Shown here: positions 43,834 to 52,956 of the stretch, one piece after another | Layout: every line of letters starts with the position of its first letter | Numbering within the stretch: position 1 is the first letter of the stretch | Virus record (IMG/VR): IMGVR_UViG_3300036853_000446 | Location: 62,001 to 126,000 of that record | DNA: 64,000 nucleotides | Reading direction: 5' to 3' (one strand) | The notes under the pieces: generated by a model | Database searches by the model: none | What the model was told of the DNA's origin: nothing | The model's input: only the letters and a program-made list of their open reading frames with translations | Made by a program: the position numbers and the translations under genes

Positions 43834-44732
43834 GTGACAGTCAACTGAAGGTTGACATCCACGGCCTGGTTGGTGGAGAACCCGGTGATTTTCAGCGTCT
43901 CGAAATACGTACCCGTGAGGGTCGTCCTCGGTGGGGCGGCGACGACCGTAATCGTTTCGGTCTCGCCCGACCCGAGTGAACCATAGACCGGGCCAAAGCT
44001 CGCAAGCCAAGGCGCGCAGCTCACCTTCTGGATCTGCCAATCGAGCACGGAGCCCGCTGGCCCCGTGTTCTCAATGATGAACGTCCGTGAGGCAATAACC
44101 GGGAACGCGCCGAGCAGCGGCTTGGCGATGATGAAAGACAGTTCCGTCGATTCGGCGGAGATCGTCGCCCGCGGCCGGACGTCGATGTTGACCGGCAAGA
44201 CCTGAGGCGCATTGACCGCCGCGGGGTCCTGGATCGTGATGACCACCGAGTATGGGCTGTTGATGGCCAAGAGGCCTACGCTGTTGACGGCCACGTCGAA
44301 CGTGCTCCGCTGGTTCGAGGTCAGATTCCCGATCTGGGCCGGTGACACCGTCACGTGCCCCGAGGACGACGTCAGGCTGACGGCGAGCAAAGATCCGAAC
44401 ACGCCGTTGTTCGTGAGACTGACCTCCTGCGGAAGGCTGAAGCCCTGGCCCTCGTTGACGCTGAACGAGAGCGCCGTCGGCGGCCCCAGCAGGATCGCGG
44501 GCGGAAATTGCGTCCTGACCTCGGTAATCGAGTCGGCCATCGCCTCGACGACCTCCCCCGGGAAGGGAACCGAGTCCCGCAGGACTCCGAACGGCGAGAG
44601 GATCCCCGTCACCAAGAACCGCGGAGCCGAGCCCGAGACGTCCATGACGGTGCTCCAGCGCCAGCGCCCCACCGAGGTGTCGAGCTGGAAGTCGTAAGAC
44701 TGTCGCCGGAGATTTGCTGCGCTGATTGCCAA
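43830..44732 (-). CDS. Virion protein with two Ig-like/BACON-like domains (about 300 aa)
   Basis: LSF....LTNNG..GSLL and IENTG..GS.L.W.....PWL...P..G.L..G...ITV; TTG 44732 with AAGGAG SD. Confidence 0.6.
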   Translation of the reverse strand: MAISAANLRRQSYDFQLDTSVGRWRWSTVMDVSGSAPRFLVTGILSPFGVLRDSVPFPGEVVEAMADSITEVRTQFPPAILLGPPTALSFSVNEGQGFSLPQEVSLTNNGVFGSLLAVSLTSSSGHVTVSPAQIGNLTSNQRSTFDVAVNSVGLLAINSPYSVVITIQDPAAVNAPQVLPVNIDVRPRATISAESTELSFIIAKPLLGAFPVIASRTFIIENTGPAGSVLDWQIQKVSCAPWLASFGPVYGSLGSGETETITVVAAPPRTTLTGTYFETLKITGFSTNQAVDVNLQLTVT

Positions 44733-44737
44733 AGAGA

Positions 44738-44755
44738 CCCTCTCCTTAGAGAGGG
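44738..44755 (-). promoter_or_regulatory. Hairpin occluding the SD of the first morphogenesis gene
   Basis: CCCTCTC-TAAG-GAGAGGG perfect 7-bp stem covering AAGGAG, followed by TCTCTTT. Confidence 0.55.
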
Positions 44756-44769
44756 CTATCAATGAAAGT

Positions 44770-45798
44770 TCAGGCCCCGACTCCCGATCCGCAAAATCGA
44801 CCGTCCGGGCCTTGGGAGGTTACCTCCCACCGCTTCCGAGTCTGATTGCGCACTAGCAAACTGAGCCACGCGCAATTGCAATGCCAATTCTGGGCCTCGC
44901 ATTCGGCGCATTGCCCGCAGGAATAATGCCCTTCCGTGTTCATCCGCGCCATCACGTAGGCGGACGAAGGGCGCTCGCCCATGTCTCGAAAGAACTCCTC
45001 GAAGGAATTCCGCCACCTCGAGCACACCGTGATCCCGATCCCGCCGTAGCGAGGATACCTATCGCTCCTAGAGTTAAAGCATCGCGTGTGAATGCCCACC
45101 CATGCTCGATACTCCGGAGTCTTGGTCATTCCGTGTCTGGTATTTGCGTGCGAAGGACCTGACCTGCACGGCCGACGATTCGTGTTCTGCTCAGCCCTCG
45201 TAGCCCACCGGACGTTGCCCGGCTCGTAATTCCCATCGTTATTGATTCGATCAAGTGAATGCTGGGGACTCGGCCGAGGCCCAACGTAGTTGTAAAAAGC
45301 CTGAAAGTCGTGGATCCACGCGGAGTGCATCCGAATGCCACGCCCGCCGTAATCGTCATAGGCGTGATGGTTGACATCGAAACAGCGCGACTTGATCGCA
45401 CCCCAGCATCTATGCTCCGGCTTATAGCTCATTCCGTGTCTGAAATTAGTGAGGCCTCCATTTCGCTCAACACCACTGACGACGGGCCACTGTGGCCGTC
45501 TTCCAGGTCTCCTCGGCCGGCAATTAGCTGCCTGTTCGACCCAAGTTGCCCAGCGCACGTTGCCTGGCTCGTAGTTACCCTCGTTGTTGATACGATCAAG
45601 CGAATGATCCGGAGACGGCTTCGGGCCCACGTGCTCATAGAACGCCTTGAAATCGTGCACCCATTCAGGATGCACCGTTATTCCGCGTCCGCCATAGTCA
45701 GGGTACCTTTGACTATTGCAATTCAAACACCGAGCTTTGATTTGACTCCAACAGTGGTATTCGGGGGTCTTACTCAACCCGTGTGATTTGACGGCCAT
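44770..45798 (-). CDS. HNH-like homing endonuclease-family protein with three tandem domains (342 aa)
   Basis: Three HG..K.PE...W..I..RC......Y..YGG.GI.....W...F..F....G..PS units; first two carry SLDRINN.GNYEPGNVRWAT. Confidence 0.8.
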   Translation of the reverse strand: MAVKSHGLSKTPEYHCWSQIKARCLNCNSQRYPDYGGRGITVHPEWVHDFKAFYEHVGPKPSPDHSLDRINNEGNYEPGNVRWATWVEQAANCRPRRPGRRPQWPVVSGVERNGGLTNFRHGMSYKPEHRCWGAIKSRCFDVNHHAYDDYGGRGIRMHSAWIHDFQAFYNYVGPRPSPQHSLDRINNDGNYEPGNVRWATRAEQNTNRRPCRSGPSHANTRHGMTKTPEYRAWVGIHTRCFNSRSDRYPRYGGIGITVCSRWRNSFEEFFRDMGERPSSAYVMARMNTEGHYSCGQCAECEAQNWHCNCAWLSLLVRNQTRKRWEVTSQGPDGRFCGSGVGA

Positions 45799-45860
45799 CC
45801 ATTCATGTACACCGTCCAGATCTCACAACGGATCTCGCCCCCACTTTGGATCTCGCCAAT

Positions 45861-46577
45861 TCAAGTGATCTCGTCGCCGCCCCGTCCTTGCCACTGTGGC
45901 AATTTCACTTCGTGCAAAAGATTGAAGCCACGTTGCGCTATTTTACAGAAGATTGCTCGGTACGGCTCGTACTTTGAGTTTTGAGCAGCGATGTCTTCGA
46001 GCCGCGCCACCGCCTTGAAGAACCGGTGCCGCACCCTGCCTTGGGTCAAGTTCAGCTGCTGCGCGACGACGGACTGGCACGTGGTTTCCCACATATGAAT
46101 CAGGATCTGGACGTCGATGTGAATGCCATCGATCGTGCGCTGATCGCCCTCCTGGGATGCCTTCCCACCCGTCCGAGCTACGAAAACCTCAGACAAATCT
46201 ATCAGCATCTGCTCGCGCGACACGTCGGGGATCTCGAGCAAGAACTTGATTCGTTTGATGCCTCGCGCCAAACGATACGAGACCGCGGCCTGTGTCATGC
46301 CGAAGATCGTGGCAATGTCGGCCTGACGCTTGTCCATGAGGAAATACAACTCGATGATATCCGCCTCGCGCACGGGTATCCGCTCGAGGAGCGGGTGCAG
46401 CTTTACCTTGTATTCCTGAGTCTCGAGGAGGGCTCGCATCTCCGCGAGCTGCTCATTCTCCTCGATATCGGCCCGTTCATCCTCATCATTATCCGCCCAG
46501 CCATCATACCGCGGGTCGCAGAAAACGAAGCGGTTCAACTCATTGGGATCGATTGGAACGACGTAACCATTACTCAT
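45861..46577 (-). CDS. Sigma-70 region 4-like protein with two HTHs (238 aa)
   Basis: EADIIELYFL...QADIATIFGMTQAAVSYRL.R and QSVVAQQLNLTQGRVRHRF; no recognisable region 2. Confidence 0.7.
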   Translation of the reverse strand: MSNGYVVPIDPNELNRFVFCDPRYDGWADNDEDERADIEENEQLAEMRALLETQEYKVKLHPLLERIPVREADIIELYFLMDKRQADIATIFGMTQAAVSYRLARGIKRIKFLLEIPDVSREQMLIDLSEVFVARTGGKASQEGDQRTIDGIHIDVQILIHMWETTCQSVVAQQLNLTQGRVRHRFFKAVARLEDIAAQNSKYEPYRAIFCKIAQRGFNLLHEVKLPQWQGRGGDEIT

Positions 46578-46589
46578 GGAATCGACTCT

Positions 46590-48434
46590 CTAGGTAGACA
46601 CAGACGACCTGCCCAAAAGTGCCTGCATTATCGGCAGCGCCTTGATATCCAGGTCGTGTAGCTTCGCCGCAGCCGCGGCTTCATCTTCATCGGGTTCAAT
46701 CCTAGAGATGTTCACGTCGACGAGCGTCATGAGTTCCAGGTTGATTTTGACTTGGGCAGATGCCCCCATGACGCGCTCGTACTGTCCCTTGTTCAACGAC
46801 GCGAGGCCCGAAGCGTAGACCCGCTCGACGGAGCCGTGCTCCTGGATGAGGGTTCGCAATACCTTCTTCGGCACGCGCGGGACGCCCGGCAGATTGTCAG
46901 ACTTGTCTCCGAACAACGAACGTAGATGGATCACCTTTTCCGGAGGCACCCCTAACTGATAGACCACTCCCTGCACATCGTACAGCACTTCCTTCCGACT
47001 ACCAACGGCGGGAAAGAGGAACATCGTAGATGCGGTGACCAGTTGCAGGAAATCTCTGTCCGTCGAGCAGATCAAATTCGTCTGACCCTCGAGGTCGTGA
47101 CGCACCAACGTGGCCAACACATCGTCAGCTTCTTCCTCGGGGTTCCAAGCCTGTCTCACACCGAGCAACGGCAGCAGCTCACGCAGGAACCATAACGGGT
47201 TAAACGCGACGTCACCCACAACGACAGTCAGTTCCTTACGTGGCCGGTTGCCCTTGTAATCGCCATATTGCGCACGTCGCCGTCCCGAAGATCCATCCCA
47301 TGCAACCCAGAAGCAGGCCTCCGGATAACGCTTCCTCAGCGCACCGAGGCTCCGAAGGAAGCCCAGGATCATGCCCGTCGGACGCCCCTTCGCATCGGTC
47401 AGACGTGCGATACCGGGCGCAAACGCGCAGCGGAACGCCAGGTTGTGTCCATCGATCAACACGTTCTGAATCACCGCTTCATCCCCCTTGTCGCCGCGCG
47501 CCAAGTCGCGGACTAGATCTTCGACGCTCTGACTCATGGCGCGAATGCGATCCTCGATTTCACAGAGCCGCCGATACGTCTCGAACCTCGATCGCATCCG
47601 ACTCTGTGCCTCCGCCAGGCTGGCAAAATGCACCACGTTGAAAAGGCGCTGCCCTTGAACGTGCCAGTGCACGAGCGTCTTCAGCATTCCGAAGCGCTCG
47701 ACGATCCGAGCGTGTAAGGCGCGAAGCTCTCCGCCGCGTGGCGGGTAGCCGTAGAGAAACGAGTAGAGCAGGCGACCCGACCACAGCGAGCGAGACACGA
47801 AGACGTATGCGGTGAGGATTCTGAGCACGTCGTCGATGTCGCCACGATAGCCCAGCGTCGCCTTGGCCATCTTGAACCAAGCACGCAGGTACCCGAGTCG
47901 CGCGAAATACAAACTCAAGGGCGCGCGGTCCACGACCTTCAGGGCGCTCCGGGGAAGAGTGACGATGCTCTGCTTGCTCCGCAGCTCGATGTGAACCTGG
48001 ACTTTACGGTCCTCCAGGATCTCCGTAATGACCGTCGCTTCGATGTTCTTGTACGGGCCCGAGCAAATCAGCACGCTGTCGCCCACGCCAATGTCTTGAT
48101 TGACCTCAGCCCGGAGCTTCTCTTTTAGATCCTCGATGTAGGATCCGGTAACGGTCGCTATCTGACCACCGCGTCTCAAGACAGACTGAAAGAGCCGAGT
48201 CTCTTCGAGCCGGCGGTAATCTCGATCGGTACGTTCCCGCCGGACGAAGGCGTAGCCCGGCATGAGGTAGTGGACGTCCTTGTCCTCACCGACCTGTGTC
48301 TCGATTGCCGGGAGGTAGACATCACACTTGCCCAAGATCTTCGACGCCGCGGCGAAAACGACGGCCGGCGTCTCTTTCTCTCCCGACGGCGTCAACTCGA
48401 CGACGATCCACTGCGCGCCTTGGTCAGTTGCCAT
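46590..48434 (-). CDS. NusG-family (NGN+KOW) protein fused to a PolA/FEN-type 5'-3' exonuclease (614 aa)
   Basis: WIVV..., MPGYAFV, VGDSVLICSGPY; then LIDGHNLAFR, AWDG, YKGNR, EADDVLAT, STDRDFLQL, LFGDKSDNLPGV. Confidence 0.85.
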   Translation of the reverse strand: MATDQGAQWIVVELTPSGEKETPAVVFAAASKILGKCDVYLPAIETQVGEDKDVHYLMPGYAFVRRERTDRDYRRLEETRLFQSVLRRGGQIATVTGSYIEDLKEKLRAEVNQDIGVGDSVLICSGPYKNIEATVITEILEDRKVQVHIELRSKQSIVTLPRSALKVVDRAPLSLYFARLGYLRAWFKMAKATLGYRGDIDDVLRILTAYVFVSRSLWSGRLLYSFLYGYPPRGGELRALHARIVERFGMLKTLVHWHVQGQRLFNVVHFASLAEAQSRMRSRFETYRRLCEIEDRIRAMSQSVEDLVRDLARGDKGDEAVIQNVLIDGHNLAFRCAFAPGIARLTDAKGRPTGMILGFLRSLGALRKRYPEACFWVAWDGSSGRRRAQYGDYKGNRPRKELTVVVGDVAFNPLWFLRELLPLLGVRQAWNPEEEADDVLATLVRHDLEGQTNLICSTDRDFLQLVTASTMFLFPAVGSRKEVLYDVQGVVYQLGVPPEKVIHLRSLFGDKSDNLPGVPRVPKKVLRTLIQEHGSVERVYASGLASLNKGQYERVMGASAQVKINLELMTLVDVNISRIEPDEDEAAAAAKLHDLDIKALPIMQALLGRSSVST

Positions 48435-49824
48435 GATGCGCCCGCCGAAGAGCCTCTTTGAGAGTCGCCGTAAAATCCGACGCAGTCAGCCCGTTCGGGT
48501 GGTCATCGACGGGGGCGAACGTCAGCTCCACTTTCGGCTTGTGAACGGTTTTGGCCGAGCCCACCCCCTTCCCACGGGGCGCCAGCATACCCGCCTCGTC
48601 GATCGGAGTTCTGGGCGTGTTGCCGTCTCCGTAATTCTTGAGAGGCGTGGGGACAGGGGCTAAGTGAACGACGCTTGCCGCTCGGGGCGCGACCGGTGTG
48701 ATTGCCGCGACGGGCGGCGGTCCCGTCGGCAATGCAGGGGCTGCGATGGTGACGGGGAGTTGGACGACTCGCGAACTCGACGCCGCGGGGGGCACGCCGT
48801 CAGCGCCCAAGGCCACCGCCGCGCAGATCAAGTCGAGCCTGGAAACGTGAGCGCCCAAACTCAGGAAATACTTGGCGACGCCGACGGTGGCAGCGCCGTA
48901 CCGGGCGAACACTTGCGCGGCTCGGTCTCGATCCAACGCCGAGTAGTCCGTGAAGATCTTGCTCGCCTGCCGGTAGGCATTCATCGCCGCCTCCGCGATG
49001 CCCGTCGCGACTTGAAAGGGCCCCACCCGGTCACAAGCCCCCTCGAGCAGCTCGATCGCCCGGGAAGCGTCCCCCAGCGCCAAAAGGATATCGTAGTAGA
49101 GAGAGACCACGGTAAGGTCGAGTCTCTCCCGGACGGAGTCCATCGTGATGGCGCCGAGTTGCGCGATGGTCTCGAGCCGATTCAAGACGTCTCGCACATG
49201 CCCGCGCGCGTAGTCGATGACCGTCAGGATGGCGTCGTCCTCGTACTCGACGCCTTCCTGGGTAAGGATCTTTTGAACCCTTCCGAGGATGTCCTCCTTC
49301 TGAATCTTCCGGATCTCGTAGACTTCGCAGCGCGACTTGATCGTGTCCCGCAGCTTGGCGTACTCGGTCGTGCAGAACAGGACGACGACGCGGTTGTCTT
49401 CGATCGGCTTCAACAGGACGTCTTGGGCGTCGCGACTCATCCGATGCGCCTCGTCCAGGAGGTAGATGCGCTTGCGCACCCCCGGAACGTCGTACGCCAA
49501 ATGGTCAACGAGCCGCCGCATGTCGGCCGTCGTGCCCTGACTCGCGGCATCCAGCTCGGTGAGTGCCACCATCGTTTCGTTCAAACACGCCAGGCAGTGT
49601 TCGCACGCATTACAAGGGTCGCCGTCCTCCCGCGGCTGCAGGCAAAGGAGGGCTCTCGCCAAGATCCTTGCGAGGGTGGTCTTACCGGACCCATAAGGTC
49701 CCGAAAAGATGTAGGACGTGTTGAAGCCCTCACCTTTGAGCAGGCGCGCGCGAAGGACCCTGACAGAGCCCTCCTGACCCAGCACGTCGGCAAAGACGAG
49801 CGGTCTATAGCGTGTATCCCACAA
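48424..49824 (-). CDS. dnaX: DNA polymerase III gamma/tau-like clamp loader (466 aa)
   Basis: RYRP..F.DVLGQ, GPYGSGKTT, CxxC zinc module, ELDAAS, LLDEAH, LLKPIED, TIKSRC. Confidence 0.92.
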   Translation of the reverse strand: MWDTRYRPLVFADVLGQEGSVRVLRARLLKGEGFNTSYIFSGPYGSGKTTLARILARALLCLQPREDGDPCNACEHCLACLNETMVALTELDAASQGTTADMRRLVDHLAYDVPGVRKRIYLLDEAHRMSRDAQDVLLKPIEDNRVVVLFCTTEYAKLRDTIKSRCEVYEIRKIQKEDILGRVQKILTQEGVEYEDDAILTVIDYARGHVRDVLNRLETIAQLGAITMDSVRERLDLTVVSLYYDILLALGDASRAIELLEGACDRVGPFQVATGIAEAAMNAYRQASKIFTDYSALDRDRAAQVFARYGAATVGVAKYFLSLGAHVSRLDLICAAVALGADGVPPAASSSRVVQLPVTIAAPALPTGPPPVAAITPVAPRAASVVHLAPVPTPLKNYGDGNTPRTPIDEAGMLAPRGKGVGSAKTVHKPKVELTFAPVDDHPNGLTASDFTATLKEALRRAHHGN

Positions 49825-49842
49825 GGTTAGGCCGACCCCCTC

Positions 49843-50352
49843 TCAATTATCTTCATTCAGGTCGACTTCGACGTTCTCCGTTTCTTCGACGGACGCACCC
49901 GTCTCCTGCCGCACGATCTCGGCGATATTCAGGCTCTGGGCGACCTGGACAAAACTCGTGAGCGACTCGTTCCAGTTGCCGTGCCGCTGCAGGATGGTCG
50001 AGAATTCCTGCACGTCGGGCTCGCGCAGCGTCCATCGATACGATCCATCCTCCTCGTCCTCCTCCCCCGAGCAGCGCTCGAGCAGGTGGTCGACGAGCGC
50101 CGTCTTCTGGTCGTCGGTCAATACCAGCCACTTCGGCTCGGCGACTTCGATGCAGAAATCGAGTTCCGTCAGGCTTTCCCATCGTCCCGAGACCTTGACG
50201 GCTTTGCCGAGCAACTCGCGGCCCCCCTTCTTGGGCACGCGATCGATGAACACGTACGCGATTCGCGCGGTCGCGAGTTCAGGGTGATAGGTCGCCATGA
50301 GGCTCTGGGCTACGGCTTGAACGGACTCTGCCGGCGAGTACTCTGCGGACAT
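49843..50352 (-). CDS. Putative phage metallopeptidase-like protein, degenerate active site (about 169 aa)
   Basis: HPEL..ARIAY...GKA.KV...DF.IE....W..L...Q..ALVDH pattern; HLLERC where HExxH is expected. Confidence 0.55.
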   Translation of the reverse strand: MSAEYSPAESVQAVAQSLMATYHPELATARIAYVFIDRVPKKGGRELLGKAVKVSGRWESLTELDFCIEVAEPKWLVLTDDQKTALVDHLLERCSGEEDEEDGSYRWTLREPDVQEFSTILQRHGNWNESLTSFVQVAQSLNIAEIVRQETGASVEETENVEVDLNEDN

Positions 50353-50398
50353 ATGAGCTTCATCTCCATTTGGGTCGAATATGCATTCCCACGCCTCT

Positions 50399-51103
50399 TT
50401 AGGCGCAACAACGCTTGATGAGGGCGCCCAAACGTTGGTCGCCCCAAACACTCCACAGCTCGTTCGGGTCCTTCGTATTGTGGCCCGAAGGCATGGGAAC
50501 CCGAGGGAACCTGACGATCTTGATCTTGAATTGGTCGCTCAATTCGCGCGCGATATCGTGAGCAACTTTATAGCCTGTCGTATCCATGTCATAAGCAACG
50601 AAGATGGTTCGTGCGACCCTGCGTAGGACTCGCCGCAGCTGGCTTGATACACCGGCGTGAAGCGTCGAGATGACATTCGGCACGTGACGTTGAATCGGGC
50701 ACAAATCGAAAACGCCCTCGACGAGCCAAACCTCTTCGGTCTCCCAAACGCTCGCCATGGCTTGGGCCAAGCCAAAGAATGCGGGCTCTTCTTTCGACTC
50801 GAAATAGTCGAGGTACCCTTTGATCTTCGGCTCGCGATCCCTAAACTGGAGCCCCAACACGACGCCGAGCGTGCTCGTCAGGGGGAAAACCAAGGGATCT
50901 TTGAACTGCTTTCTGTGGGCCGACCACCACGTGACAAATCGAGGATCACAACCAAGCCCCGTCGGAAGGCGGGCCCCCGGCAGGATCCCTATGTCGAAGG
51001 CGTCGATTTGTTCGTCGCTCACCCCGCGGCGCCAGAGCGCTTCTCGACTCTCGGCGACCATTTGCGCGTGCGCCGTCCCGACCATTTCCGTCATCCAGCT
51101 CAC
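50399..51103 (-). CDS. dnaG: DnaG-type primase catalytic core (TOPRIM), no zinc-binding domain (234 aa)
   Basis: FFGL, VWLVEGVFDL, AYDMDTTG. Confidence 0.75.
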   Translation of the reverse strand: MSWMTEMVGTAHAQMVAESREALWRRGVSDEQIDAFDIGILPGARLPTGLGCDPRFVTWWSAHRKQFKDPLVFPLTSTLGVVLGLQFRDREPKIKGYLDYFESKEEPAFFGLAQAMASVWETEEVWLVEGVFDLCPIQRHVPNVISTLHAGVSSQLRRVLRRVARTIFVAYDMDTTGYKVAHDIARELSDQFKIKIVRFPRVPMPSGHNTKDPNELWSVWGDQRLGALIKRCCA

Positions 51104-51711
51104 GAAGCGCCTCGGATCAGGAAGACCGCCTGATCGACTCGAGTCATCAGGACACCGACCGAGTCGTCGATGCGCGTATAGAATCCCAAGACGGACGGAG
51201 ACGCCGCCAGCAACGCATCGCCCTTGGCCAAATCAGCCACCAGGATTTGCTGGTCGCCCTTAGAGATGTACCCCTGGAGGCCCATCAGGCGATCCGCTTC
51301 CTCGCGCGTCATTGCGCTGACCTCTTCGACCAAACCATAGGGCACCACGATGCTGCGAGGCGGGAGCTGCATTCTGGCCGACGCCTCAGACAGCGAGTTA
51401 CACCGGTTCTGCCAACCATTCGTCCGGGACATCTCCCAGAGGGCATCGAAGAACTTCGGAAGGAGCGCGCCTTCATTTTCTGTCGAGCACTCGAAGAACC
51501 CGCAGCGCGCGACGCCTCGCTCGCGAGACACCCGAGTGGGCACGAGCCGACCCCGGGCATCCGTCGCGGCCAAAGGCTCAAAGCCCGCGTCGATGGGTCG
51601 CTCCGTAAACGCGGGAACGGCGAACCCTACTTTCAACGTTTCGTCGCTACGCCGCCGGTGACGCTCCGTAACCAATAGGCACTCGAGCGCGGTCTTCTTC
51701 GGGAAGGGCAT
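51100..51711 (-). CDS. Hypothetical protein (203 aa)
   Basis: Coupled to the primase gene by a 4-nt overlap. Confidence 0.6.
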   Translation of the reverse strand: MPFPKKTALECLLVTERHRRRSDETLKVGFAVPAFTERPIDAGFEPLAATDARGRLVPTRVSRERGVARCGFFECSTENEGALLPKFFDALWEMSRTNGWQNRCNSLSEASARMQLPPRSIVVPYGLVEEVSAMTREEADRLMGLQGYISKGDQQILVADLAKGDALLAASPSVLGFYTRIDDSVGVLMTRVDQAVFLIRGAS

Positions 51712-52258
51712 CTAGGGGTGGTAAGTACACCACCGCGTCTGGAGTATTTTCAGGCGAGGCCGGCGAGAGGAATCGAACAATCCTCCGCCACAGGCGTTCG
51801 AACACCGAGATCCCCTCGACCACCTCCAACCGGCCGCCCCTGACCCACAGCAGAATATGAGCTGCGGGCAAATGTGCCTCGATCCACCTCGGATCGCCCA
51901 AGTTCGCAACGAACTCCGCGTAAACGTCCGCCCTCGTCTGCTTGTACGTGAAATAGGGGCAACGTTGAGCGTCGAGCGGCTCCTCGCAGACGTTCCCGTT
52001 CCAAGTCTCCGGGTCTTCCGAGCCCAACATGCACAGGCCAATGGTTTGCGCCACGGGCAGCGCCACATCATCCTCGACCCCCACCGAGATCCGGTTGTAA
52101 GAGTCGTTCGGTTCTCCGTAGATGGTGCGCCGGTGATCCAGCGGGTGTCGACGATTGTGTATGCACAGGTGCGGCAGTATCTCCCGCGTCAGCCGCTTCC
52201 GCAGTTCGGCAACCACGATGGCGCGCAGTCGATCCTCGATTTCCGCGTCCGACCTCAC
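51647..52258 (-). CDS. Hypothetical protein with conserved-looking Cys residues (203 aa)
   Basis: 4-nt overlap with the upstream gene; C.HN, LC, VC, RCPYF. Confidence 0.6.
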   Translation of the reverse strand: MRSDAEIEDRLRAIVVAELRKRLTREILPHLCIHNRRHPLDHRRTIYGEPNDSYNRISVGVEDDVALPVAQTIGLCMLGSEDPETWNGNVCEEPLDAQRCPYFTYKQTRADVYAEFVANLGDPRWIEAHLPAAHILLWVRGGRLEVVEGISVFERLWRRIVRFLSPASPENTPDAVVYLPPLDALPEEDRARVPIGYGASPAA

Positions 52259-52956
52259 GGTCTCACCTTGCTCTTACGGTCGGCCGCGACCTGTTTGACG
52301 CGCAGCGCGCGCTGACCGCCGACGGCCTCTTCGTGACTCTCGTAGGCAAGGTCGGAATGGTCGCAGTACGCGGACTTATGGGTGATCAACAAGAAATGAA
52401 GATTCATACTTTGGGCCAATGCCTTGAGGAACTTCCCGGTCGGCGCGATGTACTCGTCCGAGACCGCCAACAGCGTCTCGTCCAGGACGAGGAAAGGGAG
52501 GCGCTCGAGCTTCAACAGAGTCAAAACACGAAGGAGCAGCGCGATGACACTCGACGCGCCCCCGCCGAAGCTCTCGAGCGGTCGACCCCGAACCGCCAGG
52601 GGGTCATCCGTGCCCCCCTGCCGCAGCTGAAACTCGATCGCGACCTTGTTGTATTTCGTCTCGATGTCCGACTCGAAATGCAAATCCTGGTCGAAGAATA
52701 TGGTTTGCAGTCCGTCCGTCACGATCGACTCCAGCGTTCTGACCTGCTTGACCACCAGCTGATCCATCAGGGCTCTAAAGAGTTCCTCGACTTTGAGTAG
52801 TTTCTCGACATCGCTCGTCAGCTTCTCGATCTCCGACGCCTTTTGCGTCCTATCCGCCAGCAGATGGTCTCGAAGAACCTCCACCTTCGCGGTTCGACGG
52901 CACAGCACGGCGAGCCGATCTATTGCTTCGACGGGACGTACCGCATTGCTCGACAT
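52255..52956 (-). CDS. sbcC: SbcC/Rad50 ATPase, C-terminal half (233 aa)
   Basis: Short coiled coil, signature-like SFGGG, Walker B FLVLDE, H-loop LLITH; no Walker A. Confidence 0.8.
   Translation of the reverse strand: MSSNAVRPVEAIDRLAVLCRRTAKVEVLRDHLLADRTQKASEIEKLTSDVEKLLKVEELFRALMDQLVVKQVRTLESIVTDGLQTIFFDQDLHFESDIETKYNKVAIEFQLRQGGTDDPLAVRGRPLESFGGGASSVIALLLRVLTLLKLERLPFLVLDETLLAVSDEYIAPTGKFLKALAQSMNLHFLLITHKSAYCDHSDLAYESHEEAVGGQRALRVKQVAADRKSKVRP

Noticed and set aside
43833-44040. N-terminal extension of ORF 43492..44040
   Set aside because: Lies inside the Ig-like gene; ATG 43833 in an ATGA overlap explains the gene.
39742-45828. TTGTGAGATCT shared upstream of 39740 and 45798 (TTGTGAG also near 13101 and 15841)
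   Set aside because: Only two full copies, at different distances from starts; overlaps SD-like GTGAG and the other motif; not separable from chance.
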